From: Octopus sinensis
Lineage: Eukaryota
DNA length: 64,000 bases
Reading direction: 5' to 3'
Assembly: GCF_006345805.1 (NCBI RefSeq)
Contig: NC_043006.1
Coordinates: forward strand, 83,576,001 to 83,640,000
Positions 26,395 through 41,802 of the stretch are shown here, one piece after another. How positions within the stretch are numbered: the stretch's first letter is position 1; every line of letters starts with the position of its first letter. The notes beneath the pieces were generated by a model, which worked only from the letters and a program-made list of their open reading frames with translations, had not been told where the DNA came from and did not search any database. The position numbers were made by a program, and so were the translations under genes.

Positions 26395-28441
26395 GTATGT
26401 CTTGCTGCTCTTGCTTCTAACTAATACAGTTTTTAAGTATTACTTAGAAAATGTTAGCAAACCAATTTCTTCTTAATACAGTTGAATTTTGAATGATTAC
26501 AAACCAGGACTAAAATCTGTACTTTCACTTGTTTTTGCAATCAGTAGCAACAAAATTTCACCCTAGTTTCCCTTCAATAATGTGAGCAGGCATGTAGCTC
26601 CTCTACAGCAAAAATCCTGTTCTGCTCTGGAACCTTCTCATACTTAACTGCTCATTCCTTAGCATAAAAGTCACCTCCCTCTCTATTGTTGAAAGGGATC
26701 TTAGTCTTGTAGGTTGTATGGTAACCTCAATAATGTTCATGCCATGAAAAAAGGTACCTGGTATATGATGTAAATTGGCTGGCATTAGGAAGGGCATCCA
26801 GCCATAAAAACCATGCTAGAGTGGACACTGGAGCACAATGTGGTCCTCAGATCCGTTGGAGTATGTCAAACTGTCCGACCCATGCCAGAATGGAAAATGG
26901 ACATCAAATTGTGATAATAATGATCTCATAAGTACAATTATTGTGAGACCTGCACAGCTTGTTTACAATGTAATAAAATGCTGTCTTGTTGCTGTAATCA
27001 GGAGCTAATTAAATATAGATCTCAGAAATAATTTTGGCTCTCATGTTTTGTTTTCTTTTGTTTTGTTGAGGCATTAATACCTTAACTTTGCACCAATATT
27101 GGAAACATTTATTTAGCTATTTTATGGAATTTTATATGTCATAGTGATGATGACCTTTGATGTGGTTGAACAACCAGCCCCAACCAGTTGGGATTTACAG
27201 TGTGGATTGTATTATTCTTCCTTTTGATCACTGAATACAAAACGTGGCACATGAGATCCGTGTTTGAGTGATGTTGCTGAGCCACCGTCTCAGCATTGTA
27301 TGCTAATCTGTCGCAATATTACCCATTTACAGCTGAGTAGACTGGTGCAACATGAAACTGTGTTTTGCTCAAAAACACAACACACAGCTGGTCTAGGAAT
27401 CGAAACTACCATCTCACAATCACAAGTGCAACACCCAACACTAGATCACATGCCTTAAATGTCATAAAAGATTGTTATTTTTCAAACTTCCTGGGACAGA
27501 CATAATTTTTTTTTTCTGTATGATTAGGAAATACCATAAGAACATTTGTGAAATGTAAATTATTTCCTCAGCTGTGTAAGTTTTATGTGAAATCTCATCA
27601 CTCGTAGTTTTATGTGTGTCAAGTGAAGGAGAGAGAGAGAGAGAGTATGTGTGTGTGTGTATGTGTTATAGTTCATCTGTTAAGTACAACAGATCTTATT
27701 CGTTAAAGCTGTTGCATACACTATGCATTCTTTACAGTAATTGTCCTTTGATTTAGATCTTACTTTATTTTCACGCAATGGAAACTCCTTTGCTTTATGC
27801 AAATATTGGATAGTCTGTTAAAAAATCACAATTAGTTTTCTTTTGTTTCTTTGACTATGTATCTTTTTGTTTTTGTGAAAGCTGTATAAATCTGCCCAAA
27901 GATTGTAGTTCTAGTAGTAGTAGTAATAGTCTTTTTACTTTTTTCTAAGTAATGTTGTTATTGAAATGTTGGTAACACTTCTTTCGATTATGCCAGAGTT
28001 TGAAATGCTTAATAAAATGCACTGATGAAAATATTTGTTCATTTGTCTGCGCTAGTATACATATATATATATGTCTGTGTGTGTTAACTACTAAGTCTGC
28101 TTCTCTCTGTTATGTTCTGTTTTAACTACTAGAAATGAAACCGTTCCATGTTTTTATGTTACTTAGCTTTGTTGTCTTTTAACATTTCCAAAATTGCTTT
28201 AAACTGTTTACCTCTACAGGATTTCTGTATCAAAATTACACAACATTCTAAGACAAACAAAATATGTTGCTCTTGCTTTTACCTCTAGCTAACTAATATC
28301 AAACTGATATAATTTCTATCACCTCTGAACTACATTGTTTCAGGTGCAGTCCCACCACTGTGTGACATGTTGGGCAAGTGTGTTCAACTATAGACCTGGG
28401 CTGACCAAAACTTTTAGAGAATTTTGCTTAGTAGAAACAGA

Positions 28442-28677
28442 AAGGTGGCGAGTTGGCAGAAACGTTAGCACACCAGGCAAAATGCTTAGCAGTATTTCAT
28501 CTGCCATTACGTTCTGAGTTCAAATTCCGCTGAGGTTGACTTTGCCTTTCATCCTTTCGGGGTCGATAAATTAAGTACCAGTTACGCACTGGGATCGATG
28601 TAATCGACTTAATCCCTTTGTCTGTCCTTCTTTGTCCCCTCTGTGTTTAGCCCCTTGTGGGCAATAAAGAAATAAGA
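28442..28677 (+). mobile_element. SINE family A, young full-length copy
   Basis: Highly similar to 48,511-48,741; ends gccccttgtgggcaataaagaaata. Confidence 0.85.
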
Positions 28678-31600
28678 AACTGAAAGAAACTCATTTCCTG
28701 TGTATGTGTTTCTTTGTCTTGACATTTACACAATAATTGTAAATGATCATCACCCTCATACAATGGTGTCCTTTGTTCTCAATCTTCTGTGGAAGCATGT
28801 CTGTCCATGGAGAAATATTGACTTGCTTAGAAACAAGTGAGGGTTGTTAACCAGAAAGACATCCGGCTGTAGAAAATCTACCTCAACAAATTCGATCTGA
28901 CCCATACTAGCATAGAAAAGTGGATGTAAAAACGATGATGATGATTGAATTCTTGGCTGACATAGTGACTCTATGCAAATTTTATATCACATCATCCACC
29001 CAGTTCATAAAAAGATAACAAGTTGCCTTTAATGAACTAGTGGGCATAATCTATCTCATGTTTAAGTCAGGAACAATGTCTCAGTCTGGGGAGAAAAGAA
29101 ACTTCTTAAATGTAGAAAGACCATTCCCACCACCACTTAGAAACATTGACCCTTAATTTGTTAACTATAAGTAGCTGTTTGACATTGATGATGAATGAGG
29201 TCGAACCTACTTCCATTTACAAAGTGGAGAACTTGATGAAGACTAAAGGTGAAATCATTAGATACATGAGTATAGAATTCTTTAGCTGATCTCGATATTA
29301 ACTCCAGATTTGTGTGTCATTATATTAGATTACACTTCAGATTATTTATACCAAAGTTTCTAAAATTCCATCCATGTGATACACTTTGATCTAATAGTGT
29401 TTGATAGCATTTTACATAATTATGTTTGATAGCATTTTAAATAATTATGTAAATTGTTATCTAATTATATATATATAAAGCAAACACAAATAATTTTTAA
29501 AAAGCCCACAAAAGTACAAGAGACATTCACAGTTAATGTTATTAAGGTGACATTTGTCAAGAGTGTAAGTTATAATATTTCAGACATCGTCCGTCTCCAG
29601 ACAGTAGAGGAAAGTCCAGGAGAGAGGAGGAAAATAAAAAAAAAAGATAAAAACGAGATAAAAAAAGGATGAGAGCCTGGACAAAACACACATGGGTTGG
29701 ATTCACTTACATACACACACATATATATAAAAATTTATTTATCCACTTTAATAAATCTCTGTTGACAAAAATCTGTAGTTAGAAGTCAACTTCTATTGTC
29801 ATTAAATACAAGAAATGATAATTTAAAAATCTAAGTATACAAGCATTATTCAAAGCATTTTTCTGACTGTTGGTGTCAATGACTATAAAATTACGCATGC
29901 TAATTTCTCATATAAGTGTTTACTTTAATTCTACCCTATTAATTAGCAGTTTAAATTAATTACACCGATATTAGATGGTGCTGAGTGTAAGGTCATCTGA
30001 GTTAATAAAATCAAAGTCAAGTTTGTAGTTTCTAAAAATTATTAAAGCAAAAAATCCAGGCATGAAGTAGACATTTTATCAAGTTTAACTGTGAAATATG
30101 TCAATGATTGTTGCCAACTCTAAAACAGGGAAAATTAAAATAGGTCAGATCAGTCATGCAGAAAGAGTAAAAAATAGTTATTGCCATATATGAATCTATC
30201 TAGTCTTCCCCACAAAAAAAAGGGCATATTTTATTGGATGGTATATAAGATGCACAAATAAATGTGTCTCAAAATAAAAAAAAGTTACCCTGGGTCCTAT
30301 ATTCAAAGTTAGACCTCTCATGCTCACTTTTTCCTGAGTATATGCTGCTGAAATTGGGGTCCGTCTAATGTGCCCAAGCACCTTTTATGCCATTAAATGT
30401 ACTAAATATTAAAACTACTGATCCTCTCATTAGATTAGATTTGGAAATCTATAACCTACCGTATTACAATCAAAGTAGTAAACTGTCGGCTTAAATTAAT
30501 TGTTGTTGTGGAGCCCCTTAATCAGCTTTGTGTAATGAATGATTTGATATAACCCTGCAGATCTGTTTCTCCGGTTATATCATATCTCTGGCTTGTAGTG
30601 CACCATACTGCACATTCTAACATACAGCAATGAGGTGTAGATGCTGCAGCATGATAATCCAGATATATTTCACCCTCTGCACAGCTCTGTCTATACATCA
30701 ATAAGTTCTGGCAGCAGCCACAACAGGGTCAGGTATGTTGACTAAATCAGGGCACAACAGCTATTCCTCAGCATGCAGCCAGTAAAAGAAAAAATAGAAG
30801 ATCTCTTGGGAAGATCATGGGTCAGAGAAGAATTTCCACTAAGAAATTGATAATGTAGTTTATAAATCCTGCATTAATCTTAACCCTTTTGTTACTGTAT
30901 TTCTGTTGAGATGCTCTGTGTTTCTTTCAGTTACTTTAAATATAAGAAAGAATTTAGTAATCATTCAGCTAGTGTTAGGAACATAAATTCTAACTAAGAT
31001 GGAAGATTTTAATCTAACTAAGGTGGAAGATTTTAATTTAAAGCTTATGAAAACAAGACATTTGTATTAGAGACCCAGAGGTGGTTTCAGCCGGGTTGGT
31101 AACGAACGGGTTAAACTGAAATGGATTCAAAAATAGAAAGTGTTGCTGATGTAATATTTAAAACTGTTCTACTGTCATTGGGATGTTACACCTTGTCTGT
31201 TCCACACCACTTTCAGTATATATATGTAGATGTATTAATGTACACACACACACACACAATTTTCATCTTATGGCAGAGATTTTTAATTTTCTCTTCTCTA
31301 TAACAGTTGTTTGCTTTGATTGAGTTCTGCTTTGTTCTTCAAAGTGGTGCTTTTCTATGAAGCATGAATTTTCTTTATTTTTTGGGTACTTTCATTACAT
31401 TGTGTTTTTCATATTTTGTTGTTCTATTTTTTTACATTGCTTAATTAATGTCTTTTACTGAAGCAAAATGTTCGTTATTCAGTCTGTTCACATCTTAATA
31501 ACTTTTTCTCCTCCTAGCTGTCCTATTATCTTATTGGTTTCTCTATCTTCTCAGGCATGTCAGATTTTGCTCATTGCACATTTATTTTAGAAAATATTAC

Positions 31601-33039
31601 TTCATCTCAATCAATAATTAATATATTTATATTGCTTTACAGCTTTAAAAAAATTTTCTAAATATTTTCAGAAAACCTACTTAGAGCTAAACTTTGTACT
31701 GGTTCCATTTTTCATATCAGATTTTAACATCAAGCTAGTTTAACTCTTTTGTGATCATACATCTAATGATATACACAGGTCACACGTTTTAATAAATTCT
31801 GGAAATAATAATTAAAAATTTGGAAGGATTAGATAAAAGGAGTAACTAAGTTTTTCATTATCAAGCTGATGTATGGAACAACTTATCAAGGAGGTTTTAC
31901 ATATAATTATAACAAAACATTTAAACACTTTATGAATATAAACACTTTAAAACAGGATGTTTCATATTACAAAACCAGAGCTATGCAGTGTCAGGCATGT
32001 TAGTATTTGAAGGGTTAATGGCTGACTTACTTTGCTGTTGTTTATGTACTGAATATTTGCAGAAATGGCTTCTGTTTAAACTGCTGAGTTATGCCTTGTA
32101 TTTAATGTTAACCTTTTTAGTACCTACTAAAATCCCTTGGAACTGCCACTGGCTCCTAGGTATCAAAACATAATAGCAAAATAAACAAATTAAAATAGAG
32201 GTAACTTCCCATAATAATTTATATGTAAGACTATTGTTAAGTTATGTTCCAAATATTAGCTTAATTAAAACTAGCTTATTATTAAATCTTTCCTAAAATT
32301 CTTGTTTTCAAATTTAATTGAAATGCATATAACCAGTGTAATTTCATTAGGAATACAACAGGGTTTAAAGGGCTTAAATATCAGGTTTAACTAAACACTG
32401 ACATTCCTTAATAGATTCAGGGGTAGGGGAAAGAGGAGAAACTGCAACCATTCTATCTATTAGTATAGTTAAATAAAATATATGATAAAGTAAAAAAAGC
32501 CATCAAATTTGAAAATTTTCTTAATCATTAGTAGTGATATCTACTATAAAATACTTCTGAAGTAATCTACCTATACAGAACATATATGCATTCTTTTCAT
32601 AAACTACAAGGTCCTGATTAGGATAAACAGCAAAAGAAGTAGTGGCATTCATGTCGTGTTCTTTAAAGTTCAAACAACATAATGGAATTTAGTAAATTTA
32701 GTCAGGGGTGTAAAATCAGATCACAGAATCAGATTGTCAGCAACTCAGCCTCTCCTTTATGATGGTCACCACACAAAGTAAAAATATTGTCTGAGAAAAA
32801 TTTTTTCCTTCTTCTACAGTCTGTATTTTTGCTATAAAATTACAGAATCAACAGTTTGAAGGCTCATAGAACTTCTTTCCATATTTTTGCTGTGTGAATA
32901 TTTTCACATTCGTCACACTGTCTCTCGTACTTGCTCACATCATACCTTTTCCCCTCCCACACACCTTGTATTTAAAATCTGCAGACGGAAACTGAGCGGA
33001 AGCTTGTGTGTATATAATATAATATACACATAATATGAG

Positions 33040-33310
33040 GTGGCAAACAGGCAGAATCGTTAGCATGCCAGACAAAATGCTTAGTGGCATTTCATCTGTC
33101 TTTCTCTTTACTTGTTTCAGTCATTTGACTGCGGCCATGCTGGAGCACTGCCTTTAGTCGAGCGAATCAACCCCAGGACTTATTCTTTGGACGCCTAGTA
33201 CTTATTTTATTGGTCTCTTTTGCCAAACCGCTAAGTTACGGGGATGTAAACACCCCACCATCAGTTGTCAACCGATGTTGGAGGGGACAAACACAGACAC
33301 ACAAACATAT

Positions 33311-33342
<32 letters not shown>

Positions 33343-33640
33343 GACGGGCTTCTTTCAGTTTCCATCTACCAAACCCACTCACAAGGCTTTGGTTGGCCCA
33401 AAGCTATAGTAGAAGACACTTGCTTAAGGTGCCACGCAGTGGGAATGAGCCCAGAACCATGTGGTTGGTAAGCAAGCTACTTACCACACAGCCACTGAAT
33501 TGAAATTCCACCAAAGTTGACTTTGCCTTTCATCCTTTCAGGGTCAATAAAATAAGTACCAGTTGAGCATTGGGGTCAATGTAATTGACTAGACCTTCTC
33601 CCACTAAAATTGCTGGCTTTGTGCCAAAATGTGAAACCAG
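33040..33640. mobile_element. SINE A (+) split by an inserted SINE B (-, 33,105-33,496)
   Basis: SINE A head breaks at ~33,104 and resumes at ~33,497 (gaattgaaattccaccaaagttgactttgcc). Confidence 0.8.
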
Positions 33641-33858
33641 TACACACTTAGAATATTATTTTGTACATCACCTAATGGCATTTATGTTGCTAAAGAGATG
33701 TAACTTAACCATTCACTGAATAAGAGAGATGAATAGAGATTGATAAAATTACTACTAGACTATATGAGATCAATATCAGTATAATTGACGAGAACCCCTG
33801 AAAGCAGTTTCTCAAAATGGTTGCAGTCCAGTGAGTTCAAAGACTATATACAGCCAAA

Positions 33859-33914
<56 letters not shown>

Positions 33915-34386
33915 CGAAAATTTGAGTAAAATTTTGCAGAATTAGATCTTTTCTGTATTAGATGCATTTATAATTTCACATTGGATTATACCTTGAAATA
34001 AGAAAAAAAAAAAAGCCATGCAAGAAAATCTTTAGTCATATTTCTGTCATTGTATTTCATATAATAACTATCAATCAGTGATTCATGTTTTGAGTCAAAC
34101 ATTTGTCTTTTTCAAAGAAAATAATTTTTGAATTAAAATCTGAAGAATTGAAGTAAAACACATGTTTACTTTCGCAGAATATTCTGTGTGTATGCATATG
34201 CGGTAAATATTTTAATTCTGAAGTGTAACTGTTTTGAAGTTAAGCTCTTTTATATTTCATTAATAAATTATCTTCAGCTGCTTTATTAAGATATAGAAAA
34301 ATAAAAGCTAACCAGCAATTATATGTAATTTACTCCATTATAAAATTTATTATGTACTCATATATTTGTTCATTTACTGTTTATAG

Positions 34387-34460
34387 TGCGACGGACGCTT
34401 AAAGGAGGATTAGATACAGAAGAATTGGAAACCATTGCTGCTTATAGCGAAGAAGTTTGA
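34387..34460 (+). CDS. FHOD3: FHOD formin last coding exon (DAD basic tail and stop)
   Basis: (L)RRTLKGGLDTEELETIAAYSEEV* completes the FHOD motif RKSLRRTLK.GL across a ~10 kb intron; acceptor ttatag; TGA ends at 34,460. Confidence 0.93.
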
Positions 34461-36220
34461 AGTTCCAGTGCTTTTTCTATGCTAAGTTGTACTACTGATG
34501 ACTAGTACAGTTCTCGATGACTTCCGCCCATCAAGTAATTATGTCAGACAGATATTTGGCCCAGCTGCCTGTCTGTCTTACCTTGTCTTTCAGTACTCTA
34601 AGCTACAGCCTATTTCAGCAACAGTAAAACACCTCCAAAACAAATCTGCTCTAATTTATTGCATTAGAATATAAGGAAATGATTGAACATATTAAGGGTC
34701 AAAGCTGTTGACTGAAGCCACTTCCAAATTTGCTAAGTCAAAAAAATAAATATCTACATAAGTTCTGAAATCTTTAAGGAACTGTATTTATTTAAAGAAG
34801 AAATGATGGTCATTGGCTGAAAGCAAAACTTGAAAATCAAAAAACTTGCTGTTTGTACTGTGAATTATTATTGTTACTTTTTTTTTTTCCTTTCATTTTT
34901 CATCTTCCTGGAAAATTATAAATGCCACAATGTAGAATTTGGAAGAGAAAACAAAAATAAATAAATGATTTCGGGTTTTTCAAATGTTTTAAAAACTGGA
35001 TTTTTGTTATTTTAAGTTTGCTCACTGTAAAGAAAAAGAAATTCATAGCTACGGATTAACACAAAATTTCATTTCAAGTAACATCACATTTTTTGTTAAT
35101 TAGGTGAATTTAAATTGAATTTAACGCTAACAAAATAACATGTGGTTTGATAAGAAAGTTTCTTGGGCATATAGTGCTTAAGACATATTTGACTACTAAA
35201 AACTAAAGAACAAAAGTAACAAAAACTCGTAACAGAATCAGGCAGCAGCTTTTGTACCCAGCTAAAGACATAAGAATTTAAATCTAAAACTTGTTCACAC
35301 AATTCCAGTTTAGAGCCCTGGGCTGCTTCATCAAAACTGTCATGCTAATGGTTTCACTATTGATTAACGTCACAGCTTCTGCTTCTGAGAGAATTTCCTC
35401 TTCTGTTCAAAAGTAAGAAGGATTTGGAGTGTTTAGGGACATCTAGCTAAAAAAGGGAATTAATTGAAGCGATAGATGCAGATTAAGAAAAGCAAGATTA
35501 GATTTAGTCTAATTTTAGTGCTAATGATATTTTAAAAATATTTCAAAATAATTAAGAAATTTTTAACGAGACTACCTTAGGCATAAAAATTAAATGCTAA
35601 GTAATGAGTTTTAAAATGTTCCATTTTTAAATTCTGATAAATTAATTTAGAATGTGTGAAAAGTTTATAAAAATTTTGCCCTCTCAAAGATGTCTTCAAA
35701 AACAATTTTTTCGTGATAATTTTTAAGGGCAATATTGGAAAAATAAATTAAAAAAAAAAACAGAAAAAGCTGTTCATAAAATAAGGATTTTATTTATTTA
35801 TTTATTTATTTATTTACTACACCACAGCTTTGTCTTCAGTTTCTATTTTATCTCATGAGATTTTTCTTTTTTTTTTCTTTCATTGTTACATCTGTATGTT
35901 TTAAGTCCATGTCGGTTTTCAGTGTTTTGTTAAAGATGACTTTGAAAAAATAAACAGAAAATTAGATTTAAAACTTCTCTCATAATTTTTACTTTTTTTA
36001 TCTTTGCATATTCTAGAAATTTGTTCTATACATTTCACTGATGTTTAACATAATATAACTATTTTCTGTATGTTTAGCCCCTTGTGGGCAATAAAGAAAT
36101 AAAGCTATTTTCTCTATCCAGTTTGGTAGATTGTACAGGAGACATAATGCCTATAAAAAGCACAATTGATATTTGAAAACAATTTATTGCATTAGAATAT
36201 AAGGAAATGATTGGACATTG
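34461..36220 (+). other. Putative FHOD 3' UTR (end uncertain)
   Basis: Repeat-poor AT-rich sequence after the stop, with several AATAAA (first at 34,745-34,750). The true cleavage site cannot be determined from sequence. Confidence 0.4.
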
Positions 36221-37621
36221 ATTTTTTTTTGTTTTTGTTTTCAGTAAATATCTAAGATCATATCTCTACTTTTATAGCAACTAATTTTTAGTTATTTTGT
36301 AAAAAATAAACTATGCTAATGATATTTTTTACAATCCATGACAAATCTCTGAAGCTCTAGCTTATCACCTCATAATATCTTGTTCTATTCTACTCAGATT
36401 AGCTTCTTTGATAAACTTAATTCGAAATCTGTATAAATTTTATTTCAAAGTATTGTTTCAAGAAAACTGCAAACAGAATTCTATTTGACTGTTGAAGGTA
36501 TTTTCGTCTTAAATATTTTTATAAAGAATACCTGTAATTAATAATAATAATGGAACATTTTAGATTAAGTAAAACTCAATATTGCATTCATAATTCAGAG
36601 CACAAAATATAAGGTAGAAATTGCTTTTGAAATTTTTCCTTCCTCCGTGTTACCTTCACCTGATACAAGTGTTAAAATAGGTTAACAAATGAAATAACTG
36701 GAATATTTTATAACATAAAATTTCCCCAAGGTTAAAGGTAAGAAATGATTTTGGTAATAAAAACTTAACACTATCCATACCACAGACATATACCAGTTTC
36801 TCTTATCTGTAGCAATAAAATCCTGTCTGGACAGTTAAAAGACATACTTAAGTGTCTCTGGGATTTCACAACATAGCAAAAGAGGGATGCATTAAGCATC
36901 TCTGAGATTTTACAGCTGTCAGTGAGCAATGCTTATAGGCATCACTGGGATTTTGTTGCTATTGACATGAGAGCTTTAAATGTGTCTGTTGTATGGATTG
37001 TGTAATGTGTTAAAGCAAATTGTTGTAGGTTTAGCACAGATATCATTACAGCTGTTTCTTCAAATAGCTTCTAATGAATATTTAGTCCTTCACATTCTGG
37101 ATATCCAAAATAATATGCTAATATGCACATTCCTTGTAAACAGATTGGCTGGCTGATGCCTTATCTTCATAAGAGATTTATCAACAACGAAACAGAGATT
37201 TGATTCTTCTTCCCTTCTCCCACCCCCCACCCACCCCTCCGCTCTGTTCTCTTCTACCTAGAAGTTGAACAAAGAGATGGTCGCTTATATCTCATAGATT
37301 TTGTTACCGTTTGCTCCAAGTTACTGGTACTTCACCTTATTATAATAAACGGTCCTGTAGGTGAGTGTGCTGGGGCTTCAAAGAATGCACTCAAGAAGAT
37401 TGATTTATAGGGTCCAAAATCAATTAGAACATTCACGTTGAGTGAGCCCCTCATTTACTTCTTAATGTTGATGGTGTTTGTTTGAACTCTATTTTGTAGT
37501 AGGGGTCCAATTTGTATGAGATTAAAAGTGACAGCCCCTTTCTTCAACCTTCAGTCTTTAAGATAGCTGAGGAGGGAGAAAACAGATCATTCAGGTTCTT
37601 TAATACTCTGTGTGATGTAAT

Positions 37622-38090
37622 ATATATATCATATAAATATACATATAGATATATATAGATATAGATATATATATATAGATATATATATATATAGATATAT
37701 ATATAGATATATATATATAGATATAGATATAGATATATATATATAGATATATATATATAGATATATATATAGATATAGATATATATATATATAGATATAT
37801 ATATATATATATAGATATAGATATATATAGATATATATTATAGATATATATATATAGATATATATATATAGATATATATAGATATAGATATATATATATA
37901 TAGATATATATATATATATATAGATATAGATATATATAGATATATATATAGATATATATATATATATATATATATAGATATAGATATATAGATATAGATA
38001 TATATATATAGATATATATATAGATATAGATATATATATATATATATAGATATATATATGTATATATATATGTATATATATATATAGACA
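37622..38090. repeat. Compound (TA)n/(TAGA) microsatellite, ~470 bp
   Basis: Directly visible low-complexity run. Confidence 0.97.
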
Positions 38091-41000
38091 CACATCCTTA
38101 CTAGTTAGACAGCAAAATGAGTATTTCGGGTTTACATGATTGGTTTACAGAGGAGGACGTCGTGAGGCCTCTTGCTACAGCTGCCATTGTAGCTGCTGTT
38201 GTAATCATATAATCCATGATGTTCTGATAGAGCAGTGTTGTTGCGAATGCATGGTTCTCGTACACTGTAGAATATGATTAACTGTGTCTTCCCAATTTGG
38301 CTTACAAAATGAGCCATCAGGAAATTCTTGGTTAACATACTAATTGGCATATGATAACTGAGTAAATTTTTTGGTATACTGCATAAAAGTGAAGGGTTTA
38401 AATTGCATGGTTATCATATTCAAGTGTCCATGTGATAACCATGCATTTTTTACAGAGCCGTTATAATAAATGGTCGCTGGTGTGAAACCACCGCGGTAGG
38501 ACAATATGCTAAGGGAGGTAATCTATCTCAAGGGAAATAACTTGAGTTTAAGATCGCTGCTATCTTAACATCAATTGAAATATATTCATTTACACCGTAT
38601 ATTTACTAATCTTATATAATATAATATAATATATATATATATCCCGTTCTTTCCTTGTAAAAAGAATTTACAATGATTTTCGAAGAATATTTATTTAGAT
38701 ATTGAATGGTTTAACCTAGAACATAAACCTATCTGAAGTTAACATAGAAGAAGAAAAAAATTAAAAAGCGAATTCAGTTTCAATACCCACATGCAAATTT
38801 AATAAAATAATAACGAGAAAGCAACAACAAAAACAACATATTCCTGTACAATACAGCATCTTTCATTTTAAAATTTGCCTCTCCAGTATCTCTAATGACC
38901 GTCTTTATTCATTACCAGTTCATTACCAGACCAATTAATGCAATAATTTCAAGTCTCACATAAAATAATTACTAAAACAGAAATTTAAAGATCTACTGCT
39001 CGAGATACACGTTTTTTGTAAAAAAAAATAATAAAAACAAAAAAGAAACAAACGAAATGAAACAAAATTCACAATTTTTTATTGAGAGTTATATTTCACA
39101 ACTTCACTCCTTTCTGTTGATACATTTGCATTCACTTAAACTCATCGTTCATTGCGAAAGAAATGAAAAAGAATCAATATATTTTTTTAAACATTTAGTG
39201 TAGAATATGAAATATTGGGTAAACACTCTCTTTGCGTATCTCTCTATCAGTCCTTCTATCTCTGTATCTTTTGTTGTGTTATACAGCTTCTTTAATGCCT
39301 TATATAAAACGAAGAAGATACGTTAGATTGTTAAATGTCTTGGTTTTTCTTTTTAAGTTACACGAGTTATTCAACCATTACGGTTTAAAGTGAGCCAATT
39401 AAGTCTACCTGAGTACACAACTGGCACTTTATTTTTATCGACCACTGAAGAAGAATGAAAAACAAACTTTGACGCCAGTCAAGATTTTGAATTCAGAAAT
39501 TAAAGGGACATACATAACAAAGGCCTTTATTTTGTCATAACGCAATATATTTTATTATTGAACAGCCTAATAAATACAAAACCCTTTTGAAATTAAATTT
39601 CTTCTGAAATACACTTACTACATGTTTTATTTAATTTTCTAAATGGTCGAGAATTTGGAATGGTTCTGTAAAATAACTATAAATTCCCCATTTTTAAGCT
39701 AGTGTTAGAAACAAAGATTCTAACAAAGAAGTCTTATATTATAAATACTTTTATAACACAGAACCAATGGCAGTTTCAAGTGAGTTAATATTAAAAGAGT
39801 TAACTTTCCTATGCCAGATAAAAAATAAAAAATGGGGTTTAATACTAAATGAATCAACAACGATGAAATGAAATTAATCACATACAAATATAGAATGGAA
39901 TTTGTCTGAAAGTATCAAAAATATCTTCAGATTTGTGTCAAGATACAGTCCATAATATTAGTCTGTTTAATATTATGGGCAGAGTGCTGGTAATAAAAAA
40001 ATGACTATTTCTCCATTTTGGAATGCACATATGACCTCCAAGCCAATGGGAAATAATCTTACATGGTTATGCAACCTGCTAGAAATAACAGCCATGTATC
40101 CCTCTCTTTCAAATCGTACCTTGTACTGTCTTCAGTAAAGGCATATTGTATAATATAGTCCAGGATACAGTATGTCTGGAAAGAATTAGACAGGATGGTT
40201 GTGGTTGGAATGTCTTCAATCATAGGTTTGTTTGATGAAGCCAGGGCCAACTTGGAATCCAACTACAACATAAATTATATTTAAGTTAATGACTTGTTTT
40301 TTTTTTTATTTTTTAAGTTTAAGTGACCATCAGGTATTTTTCTTAAGTTATCAGAAAGAATAGGAAGCCATCATCATCTAACGTCTGTTTTTTATGCTGG
40401 CATGGGTTAGACAGCTCAACAGGGCTTGTTGCAGCCCTCTGCTCCACCAGCTCATGTCAAACTATCCAGTCAATGTCAGAATGGAAAACAGATATTAAAT
40501 AATGCTAACAGTGATGATGATGATAATGTTGACTTCAGTATTTTCTCATAATTGAAGAAAAATACTTGGTGGTTGCTTTAATATTTAATACTAACAAAAA
40601 AAAAATTGATTATTTTACAAACAAGGGCTGATCATAATGTATTGTGGTTTTTAGTTATGGTTCCTTTATGTCTTTGATTTTAAAAACCTACTGGGGTAGT
40701 GGAGCCAATATTTTCTTTCAATATGAGGGCTACTGCAATAGATACCAGTAACATACTGAGATCAATATAATCAACTGTACTCCTTACTTTAGAAATTTAT
40801 AACCATCAACCAAAATTAGAAATCATCATTGTTATAATGAGAGTTGGTATCAAGGGTGGGGTTTGGCAGATCTGTTAGCATGTTAGATAAACTGCCTTGC
40901 AATGTTTCTCCCAACTCTTTACATTCTGAGTTCAAATCCTGCCAAAGTTGACTTTTTCGTTTTCATCTTTTTTGTGGTCGATCAAATAAAGTACTAATCA

Positions 41001-41596
41001 GAGATGCCAGTATTTGGATGTAATTATGTAATTGGCTTATGCCCACCTTTCAGCAAATTTCTGCTAACCTTGAGTCTCTGTTAGAAACAATAGTAATAAA
41101 TATTGTGGATGACAGAACCGGTTAAGTAATGGCAGAAATATCTTGTGCTATTTTGTTAAGGCCATTTGCATTCTGCATTTCAGAGCTGCTCAGATCATCT
41201 TTGCCTTCTATCCTCACATGACAGGAAAGTGGTGTTTATGATGAAATAAACACCAAGTAAATTACATCAGGGGGACATCGATTTATTTGACCACAACAAG
41301 CTTTCATAAATCCGTGGCTTTGTACTAATGGTTGAAATTGGGATTATAATTACAGGCCCCACCACCACCACTGTCATGGAAGCATTTCATTTCTGAAAAA
41401 TTTTTCCTACAATGTAGAATTTCATAACACAGAAATTACTTTTCCATTGATGGCAAAATCTTCAGAAATGTTATGCTTCTGGTTGGATGTTTCTACACAT
41501 ATTCTCAATCCAGTGTGCAAAGTTCATCATCAGATGTCATATATCAGTGCCAAATTATTATTATTATTATTATTATTATTATCATCATCATCATTA

Positions 41597-41759
41597 CATT
41601 CTGAGTTCAAATTCTTCCAAAGTTGACTTGATCTTTCATCTCTTCAGGGTCGATAAAAGAAGTACCTGTTGAACACTGGGGTTAATGTAATCAATTTACC
41701 CACTCCCCTGAAATTGCTGGCCTTGTGCCAAAGTTTGCCGCCGCCACCACCACCACCAC

Positions 41760-41802
<43 letters not shown>

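Noticed and set aside
37600-38095. Long Y/I-rich ORFs (also around 43,970-44,340 and 45,900-47,000)
   Set aside because: Artefacts of (TA)/(CA) microsatellites that lack stop codons.
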